The notes beneath the pieces are model-generated. The model ran no database searches. It had not been told where the DNA came from and worked only from the letters and a program-made list of their open reading frames with translations. From the human T2T-CHM13v2.0 reference genome, Homo sapiens: a DNA stretch of 64,000 bases. The DNA lies in assembly GCF_009914755.1 (NCBI RefSeq), contig NC_060947.1. The stretch is one strand, 5' to 3'. How positions within the stretch are numbered: position 1 is the first letter of the stretch; the number at the start of each line of letters is the position of its first letter. Position numbers and translations under genes: made by a program. Positions 50,299 to 63,757 of the stretch are shown piece after piece.

Positions 50299-50604
<306 letters not shown>

Positions 50605-50824
50605 TTACTGCCAGTTTCAGCAGGAATACAATTTCCTAACATAGATATTTAATATTTTATTCAATATTTTAATATATTAATCTTTAGTAGAATATATGCT
50701 TCAATTTTGTGAGGATATGTGTTTATTTTCTTGTACAGTGTAAACTAAACAACGCATAAAGAGAACACAGGTAACTAGATTAAGAACAATTATTTTCTGC
50801 TCTTTGTATTAGAACACTCATTTT

Positions 50825-51008
50825 CTGTTCTTAGTAATCTAGCAGCATCAGCATCTCCTAAAAAATCTGTTAAAAATGCAGAGGTTGGGGCCCCACTTCA
50901 GAAGGACTGAATCAGAAACTCTGGGGGTGGCATCCAGCAAGCTGTGGTTTAACCAGCCCTCCAGGTGAATCTGATGCCCACTCAAGGAAGAGTGAGAACC
51001 ACTGTTCT
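50825..51008. mobile_element. MER5A (hAT-Charlie)
   Basis: gcagcatcagcatc...actgaatcagaaactctgggggtgg...gagaaccactg. Confidence 0.75.
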
Positions 51009-52529
51009 AATCTATCGTCTTCCAAGAGTGTGTGGGAAGATCAAAGAAAAATCAGGTCATGGGGCTTTGCGGAGAACAATCAAACAAATACATAAATCAA
51101 GGACTCTATAAGCATAATTTAATAAATAGACGGATGATTGTTTTTAACTTATTTTTCAATTTCCTCCTTAGTTTGTACATGCATTTAGAGATAATCTCAG
51201 CAATGTCAGCAAGCTTGGTGGCATAGTTCAAGCTGTGAAGGTTCAATAAATAGGTCGGTAAACATTGCAAATCAACACAGCTTTTGATGAAATGTCAGGC
51301 AAGACAGGGCTTAGCTATATTCGGCTCAGCTTGAACTCATAAACCATCAACTGGCCTCTGTACTTCCAGGACAATCTGATGAATAAAATACAGATATAAA
51401 ATTAAAAAATATATTTATAAAGAGATTAGTAAAACAGCAATCTGTAAGTGAGAAATGACAACCACTTAGTCCAGACCAAATGAGAGAGAAGACTTGCAAA
51501 AGGGTAACTTTTCTTACAAATCAAGTTATGGGAAAATTTGAGATCCAAATAGACTTTTAACTTTGGATTGTCTTTATTCCCAACACACGTTTTTAATTTA
51601 ATGCGGTGTACTTTATCCTAACTCTTTTAGCTCACCCCCCTGAAAAAAAAACTAGCTGTCTTCCTAAAGATAGAGAAAACTTGTCCAAGTCAGAAACTCT
51701 TTGGAATTTTAATAAAAGTAACATAATTTAGAAATTAATATACTTCAAATATACTGACAGTATATATTGGCAACAGAATATATGCTAATTTAGAATTTTA
51801 GGATATTCTATAATTAAAAAAAAACCTGATAAATCACTACACCTTTTCACTTTATTTAGAAGCTACCATTTAATAATAAGTGTTTAACCTCTAAAATCAT
51901 TCTGAGATATTTCAGATAATTAGGCAGCCTGGAATTACTGTTTACAATTGTCCCAGTTTGCTTCCTAATAAGTTGTGCTTGTCTAAACATGTCTAAATTA
52001 CTATTCACAAGGATCCTTGTTATTTCCGTCTTCTTTGATTAAAAACTTCTTAAAAATGTGAGTGTATATGTGTATGTATATATATACACATACACATATT
52101 CATATGTACATATATGCATAAATAAGCCCATATATATATGTGAAACACAGGTTTTTCTATTGTTAATATAAAAATCCCTCTCATTAGTTTTCTAATGAGT
52201 TTATGAATGTAGTCTACGTCCTTAGAAATTTAATTTGAGGTAAAAATATTATCGTTTATAGATTAAGGTCTGGATATTTTTTTCTTTTCTTCATACTAGA
52301 AATAATTTTAGATACCTGAAGACAAAGTTCATTAAAGCCACAACCCAAAAAGTAGAATATGGGTTCCTTCTTATTTCAGTGATTTGCATTATCCTATAGG
52401 TTATTGGTGTCAAACCCCTTTCTTCCCTTCCTCACAACAAAAGCCCCAATTTAACTTTTATAGAAAGGCATATGGAACAGGAGTCATCCAAATATATCCC
52501 AGGGGTTGCAAATTGACCAAAAGAGTCAC

Positions 52530-52613
52530 CTTTAGGGAAGCCTGCTTCTGAATGCTTGTGGAATTTATCATTCTTCTGAATGGCTGTTGCATTTATCTGC
52601 AGCTTTTACTCAC
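52530..52613 (-). other. DMD: 84-nt exon extension by alternative 5' splice donor (Dp427p2), with in-frame stop (MSEVSSGE*)
   Basis: Second donor AAG|gtgact exactly 84 nt past the first; GGT GAG TAA closes the frame; agrees with the known p2 variant. Confidence 0.88.
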
Positions 52614-52632
52614 CAGATGAGACCTCAGACAT
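52614..52632 (-). CDS. DMD: Coding part of Dp427p (Purkinje) exon 1: ATG TCT GAG GTC TCA TCT G| = MSEVSS + first base of D codon
   Basis: Minus strand reads ttgaaATGTCTGAGGTCTCATCTG|gtgagt; matches the known Dp427p N-terminus MSEVSSD; strong phase-1 donor compatible with DMD exon 2. Confidence 0.95.
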
Positions 52633-52990
52633 TTCAAATTCTGCGGAGGCTGGCTACACACCTTCATAGGAAAGCTTTTTGCTGATTTCCCTGTTGGTAC
52701 TTTTCTCTTACACATTCTATGGGGTATGGTAAACCTGGAGGTAGAGTCATAGCCAAGCACAGATAAAGCAGGCACAGAATCTCTGACCAGCCTCACAAAA
52801 GCAGACAAACACACAATCTTTTTGCACCTGTTTCTTCCACTCCGGTTGCCGTGAATAGTGAGGTGTTCTCACAGATTCAGCTTCACAGACAGCATTTTGC
52901 AAACACTCCCCTCTCACAGCAATGGTTTCTTCCCTCACCGGCTCAATCTACCTGATTACGTTCCCTTCTAATCAGTAACCTCAGTTCCTC
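52633..52990 (-). other. DMD: 5' UTR of Dp427p exon 1 (5' end uncertain, about 52895-52990)
   Basis: Unique non-repeat sequence between a TATA-like box and the MSEVSS ATG; the TSS cannot be read directly from sequence. Confidence 0.7.
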
Positions 52991-53011
52991 TAGAAATAAC
53001 TGTGTCGTCTG

Positions 53012-53142
53012 CTTTATATAGGATTTATCTGAGTCTGAAGCAGAAACTGGAAAGTAGACTTAGAGGAGCTGATTATTATGAAGACACCTGTATTTTTGTC
53101 TGGTATTCACGTGAACTCGACAGTGCACTCATTTATGCAAAC
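53012..53142 (-). promoter_or_regulatory. DMD: Dp427p proximal promoter motifs: TATATAAAG (53020-53012), palindromic E-box TTCACGTGAA (53106-53115), octamer-like ATGCAAAC (53135-53142)
   Basis: Motifs seen directly upstream of the exon; their function is inferred. Confidence 0.55.
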
Positions 53143-53791
53143 TGGTGTTAGTGAAAAAGAAAAAGAAGCAGAGAAGGAAGCAAAAAGAAGAGACTGGACC
53201 TATAAAGTTGCGCACCTGTGTGATGCTAGGAGAAGAAAATAACTCTAAAAACGTCCAGTGCTGCTGAAAACACATTTGAACTTCCTATGAAAACCAACAG
53301 TGCTTGACATACAAATATCTTCCTCCAGACACACCTTTAAAAATACATTTTAAAATCTGAAACAATCTTAAACTCAATCTAAACCACAATGCAGAAGTTA
53401 ATTCTTAAGGCAAATGGAGATTAAGAACGAAACTTCATCCACATAAACCCTGTGTTTTAAAAAAAGAATTAAAAGGAATAATCCGTATAACTTACTCAAA
53501 TTTGTATTTGAAGTTAAACCTTGAATCCTGCTTCTTGAAAAAACAGAATTGTGTCAGGCTTCTGTAATGACTGTTTACCCAGAGCATAAGATTGAAGTGG
53601 ATTTTCAGATTAAAAATAAAACTCTTAAGTATGTCAATCCCCATCTGATCAAAGCATATAAACTAAATTTTTCCAAGGACTTCATTAACAATATAACCAA
53701 GTAGAGCTGCAGTTCTTGGTTTTCTTTAGAGTAAGTTGTTAAAATGATTGAAGTTCATGTAAAAGAAATCCAGAGTTACAGTTAAGGTTTG

Positions 53792-53831
<40 letters not shown>

Positions 53832-55011
53832 TAGATCCAGTGCCCGGCAAACAGTATGTGCTCAACATATGTTTATTTAATGCGACCAAAAGCATACAAT
53901 ATAAAGTGTCATTATCATTGCCACTGATATTTTTAAAAAGCCATGTTCTATACTTATTTCATTTTTACGTAAGCCACAATTTTACAAGGTTTCAAACAAA
54001 AAAAAACCCACACCTTGTTTTCTTTAATATAAAATATTTGGCAATTATAAGCATGGACCGTGCTGGCAGTAAGTTAAAATGTGACTGATTTTTTTTTTCT
54101 CCGTTCCCTACTCTCAATTTTCAGATGCGGAAATTTCATTTGGAGAGAACAGGAGGTGTTGGTGGGAAAAATCTCATTAATCGTACCGTATTCCCTTGTC
54201 TACAAAGAGTACTGCATCCAAATTACAGAAGAACTAAAGAAACCTTGTAGCATGAGTATAATTAGCAGTGCTACTAAGTGAATGGAAATGGAGGTTGCCT
54301 AACTTAATTAACTGTAATCATTACTCATTGTCGTACTGCTTAGAAAGATTAGTTGAGGGTATTTCTTCTGTGGTATTACTTTAGGCGTTTCTCCTTCCCT
54401 CTTAAATGTGAAACAATTACACTATAAAGAAAGAATTAGCATGCCCTTTCAATCAGATAGAAGCTTTTCCGAACAAGTAAGTTCCATGTCCTAGCTCGAG
54501 GGCGGCAAAACAGGAATGATGGGAAAATATTTAGTTGGGCCAAAGTTAGAGAAATTAAGAAAAAAGTAGTTAATTGCAGAAGTTACTGACTTGAGGAGGA
54601 AAAAAGGAACCCTATATATGAGTTTCTGTAAAGAAATTAGCTCTTGGCCAGGGAAGAAATAAATAACAAATTAAGATCTAAAGGGAAAAATTAAGGATAA
54701 CACAGTACAAATACGCAGTACTGTCTGATGAAGTTGTTCACAATTGCACAACAGTGCAAGATTCCACAATGCACCTTCAAGGACACTGTAGCTAAGGATT
54801 GCTTTCTGATCATTTATCCTTTTAGCGGAAGACACTTGGCATCTGGGAACATTTGTTCTTTTGAATAAAAATCACCTCATACCTAAAAGGAACCTTTATA
54901 AATATCAGAAAAACAGGAATGTCTGTGACGACGATCATTGGTGGGGCTTGGCCTCATTAGCTCTGGGGCCACTAGTGTAAAAAAAGGTTCACAGGGACTC
55001 TCTTCTAGTAG

Positions 55012-55321
<310 letters not shown>

Positions 55322-55529
55322 GGGACTTCATATTTAATGAGGCTTTTCACTGTTCTAGGAATTAAACTGAGTTTCAGGTATTGCATTCAAGAATCTTCTC
55401 AGCAAACCTGCAATATTGGTAATGTTATTCCTTAAACTCGTTTTACAGGTGAGGAGATTGGAGCTCAGAGAGGTTTTTCAGTCATCCAACTAACCGGAAG
55501 TGCTTAAGAATCCAGCTCTACCTGACTCC

Positions 55530-56048
55530 CTAAACAAGTGTGTGTCAAGAGTTAATGGGCATACAAACCACCTGGGTATCTTGGTAAAATACGGGTTCTG
55601 ATTCGGTAATTTTAGGTGGGACCTGAGATTCTGCATTTCCAATAAGTTCCCTGGGGCTGCTGTGGCTGCTGCTGCTGCTGGTGGTCTTTGGACAACACAT
55701 CGGGTAGCGAGGCCCCTAGACCCGTGGTTCTCCAACTTTGCTGATATTAGAATCCCCTGAAGAACTTCTTTAAGAAAAAAACCCAGTGCCCAAACTGCAC
55801 TTCATATCAATGAAATCAGAGTCTCTAGAAATGAGACTCAAGCAATTCTAATGAACAGCCAAGTTTGAGAATCTGTACCCATTGACATGTTGTTATCAAA
55901 TTAGGTGCTCATCAGAATCAACTGACGAGCTCATTATAAACCCAGAGACCTACATTCATTAAAGCAGTGATAAGACTTAGGCCTTTGCACATTTAGGTAG
56001 ACCCCCCAGGTGATTCTGTTATCCAACAGTTTGAGAACCACTTTCTAG
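55530..56048. mobile_element. Cluster of MER5A/MER5B-type fragments
   Basis: tctgattcggta...gattctgcatttccaataagttcc; gtggttctccaac; aagtttgagaa; ccaggtgattctg...tttgagaaccact. Confidence 0.6.
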
Positions 56049-57049
56049 ACCATGCTCCTTCAAATCAATCAGACCAAGCCCTGCAGACAAACTTACCATT
56101 CAGGCAAAAAAAGTTGTGAGTAGGAGCTTGTTTTCATGCATATCCTCAGGGTTCATCGGTACGATAAGATATCCTCCAAGCTAAAAATTCATGGGGCCCT
56201 CACACCACCACATCCCCAGTTACAGACATTTTTTTAAACCTCTTTTGTGAGTATCAGTGTACTCATTGTATGCTTACACTGTGTGTGGGTTTTTATGCCT
56301 GTGGTTGCGCATTAAATCTATTACTTTGTCAGTACTTCAGGGGAAAGCGTATCAATGTTGTAAGACATTTAATATATGCCCAGGGTAGCTGTATAATTAA
56401 AAGGAATTGATTTTGAAAAAGAACCTAATGGTAACCTGAAATGAATAGACAAAATGATCCCTAAGCTCAGTAACAACTGCAGCACAATGTATCACCTTAG
56501 GTTAAAACCTAGTTCATAAATAATCCTCAACTCCTCTTCAAGGGCTTGTGAAGATGAGGGTCATTTTGAGAAGTGACACATTTTGGCTTCAGGGGAGTTT
56601 TAGCATAACTGCTGTCAGATTATATCTTCTTAAACATTTTCGTTGGCAGTGAAGGGAAGATGTTAGATCATGTTAGAAATGTAACTAATGGGGTCAAAAT
56701 TTTACTTCCTTACAGCTCTTAAGAGCACATACTTATAGGAAACTCTTTTGGATATCTCCCTTAATATTATCTAGAATTGTCCAACTATTCCTTTAAATGA
56801 GCACAACTGGGGCCACTCCTTATGGCTCTGGGCATTGCACCTTGCACAAAGGTGCTTGAGTATCATACCCACATTCCCCCCAGCCATCCCTGTGATCCTC
56901 CAATAAAGCAGAGTCATACTGAAAAAAAAGCGTGCTTTCTTTCAAAATTGGCTATTCTGTGGATTTGGGAAGTGGGGAGGATGCCTCTTTGTTTAATTTT
57001 CAAAGAGTACCATATAAGCGGGTAGCAGTCCTGCGGACAACAAAGTGTA

Positions 57050-57420
57050 ATAAAAAATGTTTGGGATTTCAGTTGGAAGGCATTGGGAACTAATTTTATG
57101 ACCTAGGGCAAGGTATTTAAACTTTTAGCATCACCAGGCTTTCCAGCTATAAAATAGCTTGGCAACATGCCATAGACAATCAACACTCAGGCTCCGAAGT
57201 CAAAGCAATTTAACTAGGGCTTGAATTCCAGTTCTCCTATGTACTAGCTGCATAATCTTGGCACGTTATGTGATTTATATCACATTTCGTTGTCTGTAAA
57301 ATGGGGATAATATCAATTCCAGCCTCCTGAGGCTATTGTTAGTTTCCACTACAAGGTGTTTACCACAGTTCCAGATACAGAGTTAGTGCTAAATAAATAG
57401 TAGCTACTATTTATCAACAA
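57050..57420 (+). mobile_element. MIR fragments
   Basis: ggcttgaattccagttctcc...tctgtaaaatggggataata core; orientation tentative. Confidence 0.6.
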
Positions 57421-58999
57421 CAATAATAAGATGATAATCACTCACATTTCCCAAGGCTTTGGAGGAAATTAAATCAAATGATGCATACAAAATAAGCCTT
57501 TGAAGTGAAAAACACCATAATGTTGTTGAAGATGGGTTTTCTTCCTTTTAGTAATATGTTTGCCATATCTTTGATTTTAAAGAAATAGTAGTGGTTAAAA
57601 AAAAAGCAAGTAGTAGGGCCACCAAAGATCTGGCTACAATAATTGTTCTGAGAGGTTAGGCTCATGCTGAGAGTTGGAGCTAAACCTAGCACCTATATGT
57701 AGTAGTACAAACCTAAATATACAGTACATCAGGGAACAACGTAGACTTCGAATGTACAGATTTAAAACTAGAACTGCAATAACCTGGTGACATACTGAAT
57801 AAATTGGAAGTAAGTCCATTAAATCTTGTCTCTAGAGTTATTATTCCCAATAATCACAATTTTTTAAAATGACCATCTTGAAAATCATGTTTCCTGGAGT
57901 CACCTCCAAATAGCAGTAAGCTACCCATCTCCTATTACAAAAAGAAAAATGAGACCAGCTTGTAAACACATTACCCAATAAAGTACCTTACAGTGCAAGC
58001 AGGGAGGCATTATTGCTCAATGGAAGTCAATTTAAAATAAGAGGTTACCGAGCTTTCTCAATAAGAGTAAAGGATCCCGGCCATAATTGTTCTGCAGTAA
58101 CTTTGGAAAGGTGTACTTTTATTCAAACCGTGCTATGATTTTGGCTTCTCTCCTAGGGAGGAACTTTCATTTCAGTAACTAAGTTCATGAAAAGCCAAAC
58201 TCTTTGCAGCTCTTCAGCTGGCAGCATTTTTTCCAGTTTCTACAATCTCATCACTGTGGTGTGTGTCTGTTTACTTAACGATTTTAAGCACAATTCTTCA
58301 TGACCCATTTATTTTTGGATACTGTTCTTTTATTTTGATTGCATATCTTTCCCATAGGGTTACAGCAAGTTTGAAGGAAAATCAAACAATAAAACACTCA
58401 CTCAATATCATAGGGGTATTTGCTTTCAAAAGTCAAACAGAATGAAAATCTATCTGGTTGGTTATTTTAGATGATTAGTGTTAATTTTTGCACCTGATGA
58501 CCAAAAATCATTTTAGAATTTGATATAAGGAACTTTTGCACAGACATCTTACAACATGGAATATCTCTAAGTGTTAAGTTTTACATAAACATGAACATCT
58601 GGAAGAACTTGAGCCAACTTGGGAGCTATTATTTTACCCAGCCTCCTTCATCAAACAGAGCTCAGAACTCCCCTCCGTTAGCTTTAAGCTTTTCTCAATG
58701 AACTGAGTAATGGAATCTTGAGGGACACCTTTAAATCCAGCAGTAGAAGCAAAAACCTTCCCCACTGATAAGCAAAAGAATATTTCTGGCAACAAAACCC
58801 ATCAACTATAGGCGGTATATATCTAACTCAGTCAGCCTTGAGTTAAACGTGAGTCAGTAACCCCTGAAGGCAACAACAAAGGCTTAGAGTGAAATAAAAA
58901 AGTTCGCAGACATACTGCAGAAGATCCAGTCTCAGAGAATGATCTGCTTAACACTTGGCCCTGAGATTATCTGAGAATTTCCTAAAACATTCAACACCT

Positions 59000-59232
59000 C
59001 ACAGTGACCACAGTTAAAAATAATGTATTATAGGTTTCAAAATTGCTAAAAGAATAGATTTTTTAATGTTCTCGCTACAAAAAATGATAAGTTGGTGAGG
59101 TGATAGATATGTTAGTCAGCTCGACTGACTCTTTCTACAACATACACATAGATCAAAAACATCACGTTGTACTCGGTAAATATGTACAACTATTATTTGT
59201 CAGTTAAAAATAAATTAATTAATTTTTAAAAA
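59000..59232 (+). mobile_element. L1MA-type 3' end fragment
   Basis: aaaattgctaaaagaatagattttttaatgttctc...gtgaggtgatagatatgtta...aaaaataaa. Confidence 0.75.
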
Positions 59233-60099
59233 ACTTCAATACTTCCAAGATCTGGGAACAACTACGTGGTAAGCCCATTAATTTATAACTGGGACTGTAA
59301 ACCAACAGAACGAATTCTTCCACTTAAAATCAGCCTTTGATTAATGGCATACCCATATATTACGTCTCCTATATGAGAACAACATATAATGTATGGTATT
59401 TATTATCACAAAATTTCTAGAAATAAAATAAGTCCAGTTCAGTAGGTATAATCCTGTTCTAAATCCCCATATGTCTATAATGCTGCCACATATATCTTCT
59501 TAAAACACTAGTTTCTTCATATCACCTACTGTCATTCTTATAACCCCAACTCTTGATAAGATAGTTTCCATCCATTGTCCAAACTTCATCATCTGCCTTT
59601 CATTTCTCAGCACACTAAGCTTGCTTCTACTGAAACGCACTATTCTACAGGTTTCTCTCTCCATTAGATTATAAGATATTTAAGAACAGAAAGACTGGCT
59701 TTTTTACAGCTTTCCAGTCCCTAGTGCTTCCTAGCACTGTTCCTGGAACATAGTTACCACAAAGCAAACATCTACTTCATGTTTCACATTGATATATACC
59801 CCACTAACGTCCAACACGTGTTATTTAAACAAATACTAGTCTCTAAATACTTGTACATCTGCTCAAAAATTTTATAAAATATGCTAGATCATTTCTATTG
59901 TGAAAAATTAGAAGCAAACTAAATATTCATGAAATAGAAATGAAAACAATTCTGGTACATCCTATTAATATATTTATATGCAGACATAAAAAAATCACAT
60001 TCTTATGGAATATTTAACTACGTTGGAAAACCATATGATATATTAAGTGAATTAAGCAGCTTCCAAAACTATGTGTATGCTAAAATACTAAAATGTATT

Positions 60100-60355
60100 A
60101 TTCTTAGTGGTTAAAAACCTAGGCTCTGGAGCCTGAATGCCTGGTTTAGAATTCCGGCTCCATTTTATAATGGCATTGTGACCCTGAACAAGTTAATGCA
60201 TCTTGTTATTGCACCAATTTTCACATTTTTAAAATGGTCTAATAACAGTACTTATATTATAAAATTATTTTCAGGCATAAATGGATAATATTTAACATAT
60301 AAGGTAATTGAAACATGGGTATGTACCAAGTGCTAGTAAATATTAGCTATCATTA
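60100..60355 (+). mobile_element. MIR
   Basis: tagtggttaaaa...ggctctggagcc...tgtgaccctgaacaagtta; orientation tentative. Confidence 0.65.
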
Positions 60356-60493
60356 TATAGTTCTCAATAGGAATGTCTGTGCCAAACAGGTAACACTGGT
60401 TATTCCTGAATAGCAAAATTATAGGCAACTATTACCTTTATTGTGTTTTTCTGTATTCTACTTTTGGCAGTGAGTGTATATTATTTTGTATTA

Positions 60494-60820
<327 letters not shown>

Positions 60821-60954
60821 TTACATTGGTAAGATGCATACATTGTTAATGGAACAATGCTGGGATACTAGATCGAAGAAGTATTGTCATCACGAGTAGC
60901 AAGCTGCCTGTAAAATAGTAGACATTGCTCTCTAAAAATGCTGTATTTCATTAG

Positions 60955-61321
60955 TGCTATGGGTTGAATATTTGTGTCCCTCCAAAATTCATATGTAGAA
61001 ACATAATCCCCAATGCCACAGTATTAAGAGGTAGGGTTTTAAGAAGGTGATTAGGTCATATAAGCGGAGCCCTCATGAATGGGATTAGTGCCCTTATAAA
61101 AGAGGCCAAGGGAACTTGTTTGCCCTTCCAGTATGTGAGGGTAAAGGAAGAAGGCACCATCTGTGAAGCAGACAGAACCCTCACCAGACACCAAATCTGC
61201 CAACATTTTGATCTTGGATTTCCTGGGCTGCAGAAACAGTTCTGCAGCAATAAATCTTCGTTGTTTATAAATTACACAGTCTATGATATTTTTATTATAG
61301 CAGCCCAATTGAACTAAGACA
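60955..61321 (+). mobile_element. Solo MaLR LTR (MLT1A/MSTD-like)
   Basis: TGCTATGGGTTGAAT...GAACTAAGACA; 5-bp TSD ATTAG (60950-60954, 61322-61326). Confidence 0.88.
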
Positions 61322-61360
61322 ATTAGGAGTAAGAAGTACGAAGAATTACCATCATTATAT

Positions 61361-61560
61361 ATGATGAGGTTAAAAATTATAGAAAAGATATTTCTACAGA
61401 AGAATTTTTAAGTGGTACAAGTTTAATACATATATAAATATACAAGTTTAGTATATATTTTATATATTCAAGTTTAAAAACTATATACATATATATTAAA
61501 ATTTATCACATAAAAATACCTCTCTAGAAATATCCTTTCTATAATTTTTAACCTCATCAT
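61361..61560. repeat. 36-bp inverted repeat (35/36) around a 128-bp AT-rich spacer
   Basis: atgatgaggttaaaaattatagaaaagatatttcta vs tagaaatatcctttctataatttttaacctcatcat. Confidence 0.9.
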
Positions 61561-62419
61561 TTATTGGAATTTGTTATGGAGGGAGATCGTCCCCTGCTCC
61601 CTTAAAGTTTATAGAAATAGGTCAATGCCATCTTTCGGGGCTCTCCCAAGACTATTACAATAAAACGGGGTGTAGCAAGATAAATAAAACACACTTAGGC
61701 AAGGTGTGCTAGGATTTCCAACCACTTTAACTTGGCATGAGGACTATTAGTCTAACAGAATGAGATACTGAGAACACATCATCAGAAGCACTTAAGCATA
61801 AATGTTCTCTTTTTATAGTGGTGGGGGGAGGATAACGGGAGAAATGAGTAAAAATGTGGTTTCAGCTTCTAGTTTCACTAGGAACGGACAAATTAGAAAG
61901 TGAAATGTGAGACAATAGAAAGTTTGATGTAATTCAGCAGCACTGCAACCATCAATTATTATTTTAACATTTTTGGTAAAGCTTCCTTTTACATCCAAGA
62001 GGACCAAGTGAAATCACCATGTTCTTATATTTACCCATAGCATTTCTTTTTTATTTTTATGAGCTCCTTCTTTTGCTGAATGAATAACTATTTCAGCACA
62101 CTAAAAAATTGTGCCTTAGATGTCTTTCTAACAGTGCCTGTATATGGTAAGTGCTCAATAATTGCTTGATAAATAATATGCATTCTGCAGTTGAGGCAAA
62201 AAAGAAATGACCCTTTTTTGGAATGAACCAAGAGAGACAGAACTGAAAAAGTGAGGAAGAAGGGAAAAATAATGAAGGAACAGAAGATGATGTCAGATAG
62301 GACTTTTATCAATGTAAGTAAATATAATTCCTATATATTAATGAATGTGATATGTTACATTCATATTAAAAGTTTATTAACAAAACATCACCACAATGAA
62401 TATAGTTGAGATTTTCCTT

Positions 62420-62672
62420 GCTATGTGATAGGTACTGGTCTAAGTGATTTTTATTTGTTAATTTTCTCATCTCAGCAATCCTATGAGGTAGGTGCTATTA
62501 TTAACTCTATTTTTCAGATGAAGAAACTAAGGAAAAAAGAGAGTCAGTGTATAAAAAAGACAGTACAAAAAAAGTGTATAAAAAGAGAGTCCTACAGTAC
62601 AGTACTGAGAGAAAATGAAAGAGTTGGATTTCCAACCCAGAAAGTTTGGCTTTGAGTCTGTCCTTTTAACCA
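62420..62672 (-). mobile_element. MIR fragment
   Basis: aatcctatgaggtaggtgctattatt...ttttcagatgaagaaactaagg; orientation tentative. Confidence 0.6.
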
Positions 62673-63493
62673 AAATATTCTTAAACATCTGTCTATATTG
62701 TCTCCATTTATATATACATTAACTGAATATTTTTTTAATGTCCCTTGAGTTAGAGAAATAATACTATTACCTATTCGACAGGAAGAAACATCAGACAGAA
62801 ATGACGTGGCCTGATCACTCAGCTATTATATTGGCAGCAAAGCCTTTCTCTGGCATTACTTAATTCGTATTCTCACAGTAACAGCATTCTCCTATCCCTA
62901 ATTCTCAGTGCTTTAGGCTATTTCCCAGGAACATGCTATATAGCTGGAAAGAGATATAAGTACAATTTGCCAGCATTAATAATAGGGATATTGCTCCTTG
63001 CATTTGCTACTTCTTTCTGTATCTGTCTACTTTTATTTTTTTTCTTATTCCCTAAACACTCTATCTCCATTGTGCTGATTTTTTGAAGATATTCATCTAT
63101 CTTGATTTTCCTTACTTTTTATTTTCTTTTTGCCTTGGAGTAGTGTTTCCTTTTCTTTTCATCCTGGAATAGATTATTGTCATTTCAAGGCCTCCCTTGT
63201 GAGTACTTTTTTCTCCTTTTTATTGCCATTCTTCAGCATTTTTACTGGTACTTATAACAGTTCTCCTTTTCTTGCTGGCTTCTGGCGTGGGTTTGTTGCT
63301 ATTTCTTGTTCTTTGATGTTTCGCATATCTGATTGTTCCCTTTCTCACCCCTGCTTTCTGCCACGTTTACCTCTTTGCTATTATTTGTTTCCTATTTTGA
63401 AGGTTGACAACTAAGGGGACAGTGTCATTCCTTAATGTGTTTCTCCAGCTTACTCATGAAATCAGCAGCAGCCTCCTTCACACATAAAACCAG

Positions 63494-63757
63494 TCCGGGA
63501 GGGCAAAGTGACTCACGTCTGTAATCCCAGCACTCCGAGAGGCCGAGATGGGCGGATCACTTAAGGCCAGGAGTTTGAGACCAAAGCAGGCAACATAAGG
63601 AGACCCCATTTCTACAAAAATGAGCCAGATGTGGTGGCGCAACTGTAGTCCTAGCTACTGGGGAAGCTGAGGTGGGAGGATCGCCGGAATACAGGAGTTC
63701 CAGGCTGCAGTGAGTTACGATGGTGCCACTGAAGCCTGGGAGACAGAGCGAGACCCC
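63494..63757 (+). mobile_element. AluJ-like, 3' end abutting a MaLR LTR
   Basis: Diverged Alu ending ...gagcgagacccc with no A tail before the LTR start. Confidence 0.85.

Noticed and set aside
58820-58860. AP-1 site TGAGTCA with nearby half-sites
   Set aside because: A single 7-mer is expected by chance several times in 64 kb; no other support
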